IMG/VR virus record: IMGVR_UViG_3300030202_003905
Source: an uncultured virus (IMG/VR IMGVR_UViG_3300030202_003905)
Taxonomy: Duplodnaviria > Heunggongvirae > Uroviricota > Caudoviricetes
Reading direction: 5' to 3' (one strand)
DNA length: 64,000 nucleotides
Shown here: in pieces, positions 47,797 to 55,663 of the stretch
How the letters are laid out: every line of letters begins with the position of its first letter
Position numbering within the stretch: position 1 is the stretch's first letter
Notes under the pieces: model-generated
Database searches by the model: none
The model's input: the letters and a program-made list of their open reading frames with translations, nothing else
What the model was told of the DNA's origin: nothing
Position numbers and translations under genes: made by a program

Positions 47797-47986
47797 CAAC
47801 GTTAACAACATGCAGATGGTTAGAGCGATTCCGATTGCTAGCCCCATTTCCGGTGAAACATGCTTTCCTCGTATTCATAAATTAGAAAGAGGCGGTAAAG
47901 TTTATACTGAAGCTCATTGGATTGACCCGGCTAGCGGTGCTTTTATACGCAAAGGAATTGTTTCTATTGAAGATGTGCAGAAGTAA
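47780..47986 (+). CDS. Small hypothetical protein
   Basis: PIASPISG...W.DPASG.FIRKG. Confidence 0.55.
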   Translation: MLQNNNNVNNMQMVRAIPIASPISGETCFPRIHKLERGGKVYTEAHWIDPASGAFIRKGIVSIEDVQK

Positions 47987-48001
47987 TATATAATCTATGG
48001 T

Positions 48002-49042
48002 ATGGTGTTACCAGAGGCATATGTTATTCAAAAATTTTATCAATTTGCAGGTTCACCGAAATATAATAGATTAACAAAAACCTATCAAGGGGGTTGCCCT
48101 GTATGTCGTGAGGGTAAATCTTGGGGAAGAAAAAAAAGATTATTTTATGTTGTAAAAGATAACTACTTTCATTGTCATAATTGTGGATGGCATTCAAATC
48201 CGACAAATTGGATTATAGAAGTTTCAGGAAGTACATTTGAAGACTTAATTGAAGAAAGTAAAGAGTTTGATATTTTACCCGAAGATATTTCAAATACAAA
48301 TTCAAAAATAAATGAAACTGTATCTAATATTCTTAAACAAAAGTTACCAGAAGATAGTATAAATTTATTTGATAACAACCAGGTAAGTTATTTCAAATCG
48401 AATGCAATAGTTCAAACTGCATTAAGATATATTACAAACAGAAAGTTAGATACTGCATGCAATAAACCTAAAAGTCTTTGGTTGTCATTAAAAGATAAAG
48501 TTCATAAGAACAGATTAATAATACCGTTTTATGATGATAACAATAAAATAGTACACTACCAAACAAGAACGTTACTTAAGAACGATGAAAAATTTAAACC
48601 CAAATATTTGTCAAAAATAAACAGCGACAAAAGCGTTTTCAATATTAATCAGGTAGACGAAAGTTTAGATAGGATGTATATATTTGAAGGTCCTATAGAT
48701 TCATGCTTTACGACTAATGGGGTTGCTGTTGCAGGTATTACTGAAAATAGTTCTAACTTATATACAAAACTTCAATATGAACAACTTAATAAATTACCAT
48801 TTCAAGAAAAAGTAATTGTACTAGACTCTCAATGGCAAGATGCTGCATCTAAAAACAAAACTAAATTTTTACTTGATGCCGGGTTGTGTGTTTTTATATG
48901 GCCAAAAAATTTAGGTTTAAAATACAAAGACTTTAATGCAATAGCTGTTGGACAAAAAATGAATAAAATACCCGCTACATTTGTTGATGAACATTCATAT
49001 AACGGGTTAAAAGGGCGTGTTATTCTATCTCAAATAAATTAG
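48002..49042 (+). CDS. gp61: DNA primase
   Basis: CPVC...CHNC zinc finger, RLIIPF, FEGPIDS (TOPRIM) and KDFN. Confidence 0.93.
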   Translation: MVLPEAYVIQKFYQFAGSPKYNRLTKTYQGGCPVCREGKSWGRKKRLFYVVKDNYFHCHNCGWHSNPTNWIIEVSGSTFEDLIEESKEFDILPEDISNTNSKINETVSNILKQKLPEDSINLFDNNQVSYFKSNAIVQTALRYITNRKLDTACNKPKSLWLSLKDKVHKNRLIIPFYDDNNKIVHYQTRTLLKNDEKFKPKYLSKINSDKSVFNINQVDESLDRMYIFEGPIDSCFTTNGVAVAGITENSSNLYTKLQYEQLNKLPFQEKVIVLDSQWQDAASKNKTKFLLDAGLCVFIWPKNLGLKYKDFNAIAVGQKMNKIPATFVDEHSYNGLKGRVILSQIN

Positions 49043-49096
49043 TACGATAGCAAAAACAAATTGCTAATAGCAATACAAATAATATTACCATCCCGC

Positions 49097-49519
49097 TCAA
49101 CGTGCAGGCCCGGCACCCGGTCCTGTTTCAACTGTATGAAGATAACCTTTAAGGTTTTCAATTAGTGAACTTAACTCCATTGCAACTCTCGCAATCTTCT
49201 TAGTTTCGGCACCTGCAATTTTATTAAAAAGGGTATCACAACTAGCTGCGTGCAGGAGAGATTGAACTGAATCTGGTTTTTCACTATTAAGATAATTAGT
49301 AAATTCTTCCATAGCACCAATAATGCTTACTAATTCTTGGGCCTGTGCTGCATTACTCTGTGCTGTAACTTCGCCACCATCTAATGTTGGTGCATCTACA
49401 TCATACTCTGTTACTTCGGTACCCGGATCTAACTGGGTTTCCATAGCTTCAGTATCTGTTATTTGAATTGTTTCATCTTGTTCCAATACATGAACAAAGT
49501 GTTTGCCAAAAAAGCTCAT
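49097..49519 (-). CDS. Hypothetical protein, possible internal head protein
   Basis: MSFFGKHFVHVLEQ; TAAATA 5 nt upstream. Confidence 0.65.
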   Translation of the reverse strand: MSFFGKHFVHVLEQDETIQITDTEAMETQLDPGTEVTEYDVDAPTLDGGEVTAQSNAAQAQELVSIIGAMEEFTNYLNSEKPDSVQSLLHAASCDTLFNKIAGAETKKIARVAMELSSLIENLKGYLHTVETGPGAGPAR

Positions 49520-49524
49520 GTATA

Positions 49525-49546
49525 TATTTATGCTTTTGAATAAATA
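49525..49546. promoter_or_regulatory. Back-to-back late-type promoters (TAAATA on both strands, each 5 nt from its ATG)
   Basis: CAT-gtata-TATTTA-tgcttttgaa-TAAATA-ttaac-ATG. Confidence 0.7.
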
Positions 49547-49551
49547 TTAAC

Positions 49552-50031
49552 ATGGGTAGTTTAAAAATTTTAGAAGAAGATCAAATAAAAATGTACAATA
49601 AGTGGGTGAGAGGCATTGCTACCCGGGAACAAAAACCCACACATGTTACAGTTGGAGATCTTTTACAAGCATCAGGACGTAATGATAATAATAAAGCTCC
49701 TCTTCAATTACCGTTTCCTTTAACTCATATTGTTGAAGATATGGGTGGTTTATATCTTGCTACAGATAATATTCAAGCTAAAGCAGATATGGCAAAAAAT
49801 AACCCCGTTGTTACAGAAAGCGACAATGCTTTAGATAGTTTGAAAGGATTTGTTCGTAAATGTAGGAAAATTAAAGCATTAATTGAATCAATGACTAATG
49901 ATTTAGATATAATTGTTGATAGAAAACCTTACGAAAGTCACAGTTCAGAACCAGAAGACAATAGCGATGAAACGCCAAGTGCTCCTATGGATTCAGGAGG
50001 ATCACAAGCAATTAATAAGTTGCCAAAATAA
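49552..50031 (+). CDS. Hypothetical protein
   Basis: 159-aa ORF with late-type promoter. Confidence 0.65.
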   Translation: MGSLKILEEDQIKMYNKWVRGIATREQKPTHVTVGDLLQASGRNDNNKAPLQLPFPLTHIVEDMGGLYLATDNIQAKADMAKNNPVVTESDNALDSLKGFVRKCRKIKALIESMTNDLDIIVDRKPYESHSSEPEDNSDETPSAPMDSGGSQAINKLPK

Positions 50032-50279
50032 TGCTTTTTCAAGAATATTATACTTTAGATGAGCTTACCGATCAAATTGATAACGGGACATATTCTGATC
50101 CTAGACATCTTACATCAGTATTAGCAATTTCAGTCGGTACCAGTCATTTAGACTATTCTGCGGCTTTAAAAATATTAGACTACTTTTTTCAAGGTTGGCC
50201 CGCCTCGAAGTCAGGACGAAAAAAAGAAATGCAAAAATGGGTTAATGAACTTCGTAAGCATATAGATAAAGCTAGTTGA
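50031..50279 (+). CDS. Hypothetical protein
   Basis: MLFQEYYTLDE N-terminus; coupled to the upstream stop. Confidence 0.6.
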   Translation: MLFQEYYTLDELTDQIDNGTYSDPRHLTSVLAISVGTSHLDYSAALKILDYFFQGWPASKSGRKKEMQKWVNELRKHIDKAS

Positions 50280-50309
50280 TAATCGTCCTTTCTACATTAT
50301 AATAATTAA

Positions 50310-50738
50310 GTGATTCAAGTAGTAAAATCTTTATCTATCGTCGTTATAGTAAGTGCATTTTTAGGAGGTTGCGGCTATCTTCTTGGTTATAATTTCTTTG
50401 CTATATTAGGAATAACGTTTATTGGTCAATTTATCATTTATGATCTTTTTTCTCGTTGGAGAAGATCAGGATTGGAAATAGAATTCAGAAGATTAGAAAA
50501 CGAAAGAATTAAAGCTTTTTCAGAACAAGGATTAGAAGTTACTTGCCCTGTAGAAAGTTGTATGCATAAAACGTTTGTACCTATAATTATTAGTGAAGAC
50601 AATGAATATGATTGTCCGAAATGTAATGTAGGAGTAAAAATATATGTTGGTACAAAAAGTTTTCTTAAAACAACGCCAATAGATGGGGATCCATTTGAAA
50701 AACACAATTTTGTAACGAATACTGATTATGACAACTAA
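50310..50738 (+). CDS. Membrane protein with C-terminal Zn-ribbon
   Basis: Two TM helices, then CPVESC...CPKC; promoter TTGATA-N16-TATAAT-N6-GTG. Confidence 0.65.
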   Translation: MIQVVKSLSIVVIVSAFLGGCGYLLGYNFFAILGITFIGQFIIYDLFSRWRRSGLEIEFRRLENERIKAFSEQGLEVTCPVESCMHKTFVPIIISEDNEYDCPKCNVGVKIYVGTKSFLKTTPIDGDPFEKHNFVTNTDYDN

Positions 50739-51123
50739 AAATAACGATTTAAAATTTAATGAACAAAATGGTTCGGTAATAAATCCTATGCCCCCTGTTA
50801 AAAATACAGAAAGATATCACGGTTCGTTATTACGTGAATCGTATGAAAAGGGTAAACTTGCAGCCACCGGAACTTTAGACGCAAAAAACAAAGAGAGGAT
50901 TGTGGAAAATTTAATCAAAGTTATTTTTGATGATATTTTAAGTGAAAATTCAGATAGAATTAAAAGCAATCACAATATTTTAAAATTAAATTTACAAGTT
51001 ATCGAAAATGCAATTAAAAATACAAAATTAAGTAATTTTATCTTTAACCATGAAAGGATTGCATCTATAATAGAAGGGTATGCTAAAGTCATTGAACAAA
51101 AAAGTATTAACAGAAATGTCTGA
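50728..51123 (+). CDS. Hypothetical protein
   Basis: 131-aa ORF in an overlapping run. Confidence 0.6.
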   Translation: MTTKNNDLKFNEQNGSVINPMPPVKNTERYHGSLLRESYEKGKLAATGTLDAKNKERIVENLIKVIFDDILSENSDRIKSNHNILKLNLQVIENAIKNTKLSNFIFNHERIASIIEGYAKVIEQKSINRNV

Positions 51124-51364
51124 CGAAGAAATTTCAAGGTGGTTGTGTCTATTTGATGCAGTAAACTATGTTGCAGCAAAAGCTGATCAGCTTGGAATGG
51201 ATGTAAACAAGAATAATTCATGGATAAAGCCTCTTGCATTTAAAAATTACATTGCTGAAATGTATGAATCTGTTTATTTGAATTATAAAATGGGTGGAGA
51301 TGTAGAAGTTGCACCAAGAAACGTGAAAGAGTTCATATATCGAGAAGATGCACTACACGCCTAA
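51080..51364 (+). CDS. Hypothetical protein
   Basis: 94-aa ORF in an overlapping run. Confidence 0.55.
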   Translation: MLKSLNKKVLTEMSDEEISRWLCLFDAVNYVAAKADQLGMDVNKNNSWIKPLAFKNYIAEMYESVYLNYKMGGDVEVAPRNVKEFIYREDALHA

Positions 51365-51671
51365 TACATCTTTAAGGGTACCGATTGAAAATCAAGGACG
51401 GAAAATTGGTGGTCCTACTATTCCTAGCCAGCAACGTAACCTTCAACCTAGAGTTATGCAAAGAAGATCATTAACCCCTGGTGTATTATATACATTATCC
51501 TATATAAAAAAGGAAGAAAACGGGAATATGGCTTATTCCTTTAAAGGGCAAGATGGTTCTTTGATAGTAGAAACGTTTCGTTCCTGTCAAGAAGCTGATA
51601 TATTTATTGCAGGTATTAAAAATGAAGCGATACCGGAATACGAACAGTTTTATAAAAAATTAAAAACTTAA
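51348..51671 (+). CDS. Hypothetical protein
   Basis: 107-aa ORF in an overlapping run. Confidence 0.55.
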   Translation: MHYTPNTSLRVPIENQGRKIGGPTIPSQQRNLQPRVMQRRSLTPGVLYTLSYIKKEENGNMAYSFKGQDGSLIVETFRSCQEADIFIAGIKNEAIPEYEQFYKKLKT

Positions 51672-52555
51672 GAAGTTGGGCCGAAAGGCCCGTCTTCTGG
51701 TTCTTCCGTGTTTCCGTAGCCCCCATAAACGTCGTCATAACCAAAGTCTTGGTAATCAAATATTGCTTTAGATAATTCTTCAAGATCACCATCATAACTC
51801 TTATTAGGTGACCTGGAATTTGTACCTTCATCCATTCTACCAGAGAATTTATCATCATACACTTGATCACTTCCACCTTCTGTACTTAAACCAGGCTCAA
51901 AACTGTAATCGAAACGTTTAGCCTTAACCATCCATACATAGTGACCAGCAAGAGGATTGATTCTAGCAACGTCCTCATCTAATCTCTCTGTTATCTCAAA
52001 CTGTTTACCTGTTCTAGGCCATGGTCTGTCATCACCATACTCGGATAATATGAATACATCACCGGCTTTAGGCTCTTGAGGGTAACCAAACGAAGCATAA
52101 AAGCTACTAATATGTATATAAGCAGTTAATTCGTCGTCTGAATCAAATCCATACTTCTGTAATATAACTGCATTTTCGTTTAACTCGATTGCAACGATTA
52201 TTTTCTTTGGATCTACAAAAACTTTAGTAGGATCTTCACCATATATGTTACCAGGACCACCACCTTCACCATTTATAGCACCTTGAGGCACACCATCTGC
52301 TGATAAAGTCTGGTATGGGTTTTGATAATATGTTACTTCTTGCCCATATAAAGCAATAATTTCTTCCCACCAATTATCTATTACAATTCTCTCACATTCG
52401 TTTTGAGATTTGTCCGTAAATCTAAAACATTTATTATAGGGCTTAGGACCAGGATAAATTGAACCAGGGTTATCTGGATCGGGTGTAGGAACACCCGGTA
52501 AAAACTGAGGCATGATTTGATTCATCCCCCTATATCTGTCCATTTCTACTGCCAT
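51668..52555 (-). CDS. gp14: Neck / head-closure protein
   Basis: EIIALYGQEVTY, IYGEDP, KYGFDSDDELT, EPKAGD, FEIT and F.YS.E, matching the T4 gp14 pattern. Confidence 0.75.
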   Translation of the reverse strand: MAVEMDRYRGMNQIMPQFLPGVPTPDPDNPGSIYPGPKPYNKCFRFTDKSQNECERIVIDNWWEEIIALYGQEVTYYQNPYQTLSADGVPQGAINGEGGGPGNIYGEDPTKVFVDPKKIIVAIELNENAVILQKYGFDSDDELTAYIHISSFYASFGYPQEPKAGDVFILSEYGDDRPWPRTGKQFEITERLDEDVARINPLAGHYVWMVKAKRFDYSFEPGLSTEGGSDQVYDDKFSGRMDEGTNSRSPNKSYDGDLEELSKAIFDYQDFGYDDVYGGYGNTEEPEDGPFGPTS

Positions 52556-52950
52556 TATACTAAATTATCTGTAGTTGTTGTTGGTTCTGGTTTTTCTACT
52601 TTAGTTTTTAACAAATAATACTCACCATTTGGTTTTACCTCAATAGCTATACCTGTCTTTTTTAGCCCTTTTGGTCTACCAGGCTTTAATCTATTTACAC
52701 CAAAACGTTTGGTTAACATATAAGCATCTTTTTGTGATATTTTAATGTATTTTGGACCTACTCTTTGTTGTAATACTCTATAAGCTGCGGGTAGCGAGGT
52801 ATCATTTTGTAGATAATTAGCTACCGTCAGTGGCGACTTACGCAAACCCGGGTCTTTTGGTATTGCTCGTTGGTGTCTATGATTAACACCTGGAATATTT
52901 CCTGTATTAAATCTTTCTTCAATCATAATGAAAAACTCTTTAAAAGTCAC
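52555..52950 (-). CDS. Hypothetical basic protein with CTS-like N-terminus
   Basis: MTFKEFFIMIEE; TAAATA 5 nt upstream of GTG. Confidence 0.65.
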   Translation of the reverse strand: MTFKEFFIMIEERFNTGNIPGVNHRHQRAIPKDPGLRKSPLTVANYLQNDTSLPAAYRVLQQRVGPKYIKISQKDAYMLTKRFGVNRLKPGRPKGLKKTGIAIEVKPNGEYYLLKTKVEKPEPTTTTDNLV

Positions 52951-52983
52951 ATTTATATTTAAGCAAAGTAATTACCAGTATCT

Positions 52984-53571
52984 TCACAATGATGATTTAT
53001 TACGCTCTTGCCAATTGTATGACTTTTCATCTTCAGTAATTGGTCCGCCTTTTGCCCATGTGTGACAACTTCTAGCACTATGGCATTTAAAATTATGCAT
53101 CCAACAATAACCTAAACGACCATCCTCATCAGATGTTTCTCCTGGCATACATTCATCCATTCTTGGTGATACATCAAACGCAACACAATTACCACACAAA
53201 GATTGTTTAGCAGCTTCTTCTGATGTCTTCCAATACCTCGCAATCTTCTTCCAATAATTACCAGGTTCTTCTACATTTAACGGTCCATAGTTAAACTGTT
53301 CTATAGTTGCATCTCTATTAATTGTGTTTAATTCTAAGTTTTGAGTAGGTGCTGGGCAACCCATCTCATTATCTTCACAATGATAGTTTAGATACCGCTG
53401 GGCAGCTTTGGCTGTGTTATTGCCTTTATTTTTTTGTTTACCTTTTAATGTACGAGCTTTAGTACACGTAAGTTTACCTTTAGTTTGTCTTTTCAAGATA
53501 CCAGGTCTTACTGGATCGTGTATAGATTTCTCTAAAATCTCTTCTATTTTTTTGTTAAATAATGATTCCAT
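52984..53571 (-). CDS. Cys-rich two-domain protein with a HiPIP-like Cys pattern
   Basis: Start moved to ATG 53571 (MESLFNKKIEEILE); CGNCVAF...GYC...C....CHTW. Confidence 0.6.
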   Translation of the reverse strand: MESLFNKKIEEILEKSIHDPVRPGILKRQTKGKLTCTKARTLKGKQKNKGNNTAKAAQRYLNYHCEDNEMGCPAPTQNLELNTINRDATIEQFNYGPLNVEEPGNYWKKIARYWKTSEEAAKQSLCGNCVAFDVSPRMDECMPGETSDEDGRLGYCWMHNFKCHSARSCHTWAKGGPITEDEKSYNWQERNKSSL

Positions 53572-53572
53572 A

Positions 53573-53839
53573 TTACCAATCTTTACAAGCTTGATATCTT
53601 GCTGTACCAGGTTTAGCAGAACTACATTTATGTCGAGCTCTAAAGCTTTTTCTCCTTTTTGTATTAGCTTTACCTGATACCTTAACTCCTTTTTGACCCC
53701 AATGAATTTTTTTGTATCCTTTACCATCAGGATTCTTTACACATTTCATCCATTTTTTACCTTTAGATGTACTGCTAGCTTTTTTTGTGGTCTTAGTACA
53801 TTTTTCTTCTATCTTAATAAAAAACTCTTTAAAGGTCAT
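53573..53839 (-). CDS. Small basic Cys-containing protein (RRKSFRARHKC type)
   Basis: MTFKEFFIKIEE N-terminus, Lys/Arg-rich; TAAATA 5 nt upstream. Confidence 0.65.
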   Translation of the reverse strand: MTFKEFFIKIEEKCTKTTKKASSTSKGKKWMKCVKNPDGKGYKKIHWGQKGVKVSGKANTKRRKSFRARHKCSSAKPGTARYQACKDW

Positions 53840-53853
53840 ATTAGTATTTAAGC

Positions 53854-53880
53854 AAAAAAAAGCCCCTTTTCAGGGGCTTT
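53854..53880 (-). terminator. Intrinsic terminator
   Basis: Minus strand AGCCCCT-GAAA-AGGGGCT followed by a T tract. Confidence 0.85.
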
Positions 53881-53901
53881 AAAAGGCTAACTTTTTTTGA
53901 C

Positions 53902-55014
53902 TTAATTGTTTTTCTGGAAGAATGATTGATCACCCTTTCCGCCACCCTTAATCCTGCTTTTAACAACATTAGATTTTCCCTTTACTGACGTTGGGTGTCC
54001 CTTTTTCTGGTTAACCAACGGTGTACCTTCGTCGGTTCCTTCACCATCAATACCATCTTTAATTTTGCCATCGCCTTCGCTATGACCAACGGTCTGTGTA
54101 TATTGTGAATGAACAACGTTTGCACTACCAGTTACGGGTGTTGGATTACCTTCTTTCTGGTTAACCAACGGTGTGCCAAGAATCTCTGCTTCGATTTCCT
54201 CGCCGAAGTAGTTAAAATTCTCTTCATCCTCTTCAGGATGGTCGCTCGTGCCGTAATCTCTTACTTCACTCTTACGACCTGTCTTTTTGTCGTAACGACG
54301 AGCTCTGTCCCCTTTGTTTCCACCGAAATGCTTCTCTTTCTCGGACTCGTCTTCATCGTATCCCATTTCGTCCTCGTCATCGTCGTAATCACCAAGAGCA
54401 TCCTCGACATCTTCAATATCATCTGCTGCGTCCATTACGTCCATGAGTGCGTCATGTAAGTGTTTTGCAACTTCTTTTGGAATCTCGATAGTAATTGTAT
54501 CAGTTTCGGTTGTTTCAACATCGACATCGTCTGTGTCAATACCGAGTTCTACTGCATCAATTTGTTCATCGTCCATAACTTCTTCGTATAAACGGTCAAA
54601 AATAGATTTGTTCTTAGCCATATTAGTATTTATACTCTCTTTGTTTATTTTTTCGTTTTCTGCCTTAAAATAGTCTGAAGCGTCCGTATCAGATAATTGC
54701 TTAACATCGTAAGCGTTACCTAATTTAATTTCTGGGTTATTTGGATCTAATTCCGTGCTTTTATAATTGTCGGCGCCGTTAGGTCCGGAGTTACCATGAT
54801 AAAAGCCTTTATAACCTTCTGGCTTTTCAGCAGGTATGTCTGTGTTGCTGCCTTTTAGTTTTACTTTTTTACCGGCGCGCTCCCAGGTCTTACTAATAGG
54901 CTTGCCTGGTTTGATTTGTTGCTTGTGCGCCGCTTTACCTGGTGGATCACCAACTACAGCTTCATAAGCTTCTTCAATTTGTTTCAATTGTCTTTTACGA
55001 TTTTTGATATACAT
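53902..55014 (-). CDS. Acidic low-complexity protein, possible prohead core/internal protein
   Basis: 370 aa, D/E-rich, duplicated GTPLVNQK.G.PT.V.G..NVV.S; late-type promoter. Confidence 0.6.
   Translation of the reverse strand: MYIKNRKRQLKQIEEAYEAVVGDPPGKAAHKQQIKPGKPISKTWERAGKKVKLKGSNTDIPAEKPEGYKGFYHGNSGPNGADNYKSTELDPNNPEIKLGNAYDVKQLSDTDASDYFKAENEKINKESINTNMAKNKSIFDRLYEEVMDDEQIDAVELGIDTDDVDVETTETDTITIEIPKEVAKHLHDALMDVMDAADDIEDVEDALGDYDDDEDEMGYDEDESEKEKHFGGNKGDRARRYDKKTGRKSEVRDYGTSDHPEEDEENFNYFGEEIEAEILGTPLVNQKEGNPTPVTGSANVVHSQYTQTVGHSEGDGKIKDGIDGEGTDEGTPLVNQKKGHPTSVKGKSNVVKSRIKGGGKGDQSFFQKNN
54004..54174. repeat. 21-nt direct repeat (TTTCTGGTTAACCAACGGTGT) at 54004-54024 and 54154-54174
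   Basis: Exact match read from the sequence, 150 nt apart, in frame. Confidence 0.9.
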
Positions 55015-55029
55015 AAAATTATTTAATTG

Positions 55030-55578
55030 TTATGCGGATTTTAACCATTCATCTTGAATGTCTTCTGTAGTGTCAACTTCCGCGTATTGTTTTTCAATTG
55101 CACTAATATCTTCACTCTTTACATGAAGCGTTTCATCATCATCTGTTTGTACAACAAATGTGTTTGGTGGATTAGAGACGATACCAACTATTTCACCGGT
55201 ACCACCACCAATTCTATCTTCTATGTCAACGTACATACCGATACCAAATTCTTCTTCTTGTTCTTGCTGTTGTTGACCTGCTATTTTATTTTGAACTCTT
55301 TGCTGTACTCCTTGAGCAGCTCCAGCTACTGCAGCTTTCCCAACTTGTTTAGCAGCTGGCATTAAAGCTTTTGCACCTCTCACTGCTGCTCCCGCTATTT
55401 TTGGTGCATATTTTGCTGCTGTGCGAATCGCGGCGCCTGCTATAGGAGCAAGTTCTTGAACAACCTGTCGTTCTGTACCACCATCATAACTAGTTATGGT
55501 GTTTTCTTCTACAATTTGCCCATATGCATCGGACAAATCAGACATTGCTCTATCACCTTTTGATTTAAAATATTTCAT
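55030..55578 (-). CDS. Hypothetical protein with an Ala-rich amphipathic segment
   Basis: Start moved to ATG 55578 (MKYFKSKGDRAM), 1 nt after the upstream TGA. Confidence 0.6.
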   Translation of the reverse strand: MKYFKSKGDRAMSDLSDAYGQIVEENTITSYDGGTERQVVQELAPIAGAAIRTAAKYAPKIAGAAVRGAKALMPAAKQVGKAAVAGAAQGVQQRVQNKIAGQQQQEQEEEFGIGMYVDIEDRIGGGTGEIVGIVSNPPNTFVVQTDDDETLHVKSEDISAIEKQYAEVDTTEDIQDEWLKSA

Positions 55579-55663
55579 ATCAGTACCAACCGTGGTTTTC
55601 AATTGGCTTTCTTTCAACCTGTTCGTATGACTCCATTAATTGGGTCATTGCTCTATCACCTTT
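55543..55663. repeat. 18-nt direct repeat (CATTGCTCTATCACCTTT) spanning a gene boundary
   Basis: Exact copies at 55543-55560 and 55646-55663; both encode KGDRAM on the minus strand. Confidence 0.9.
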
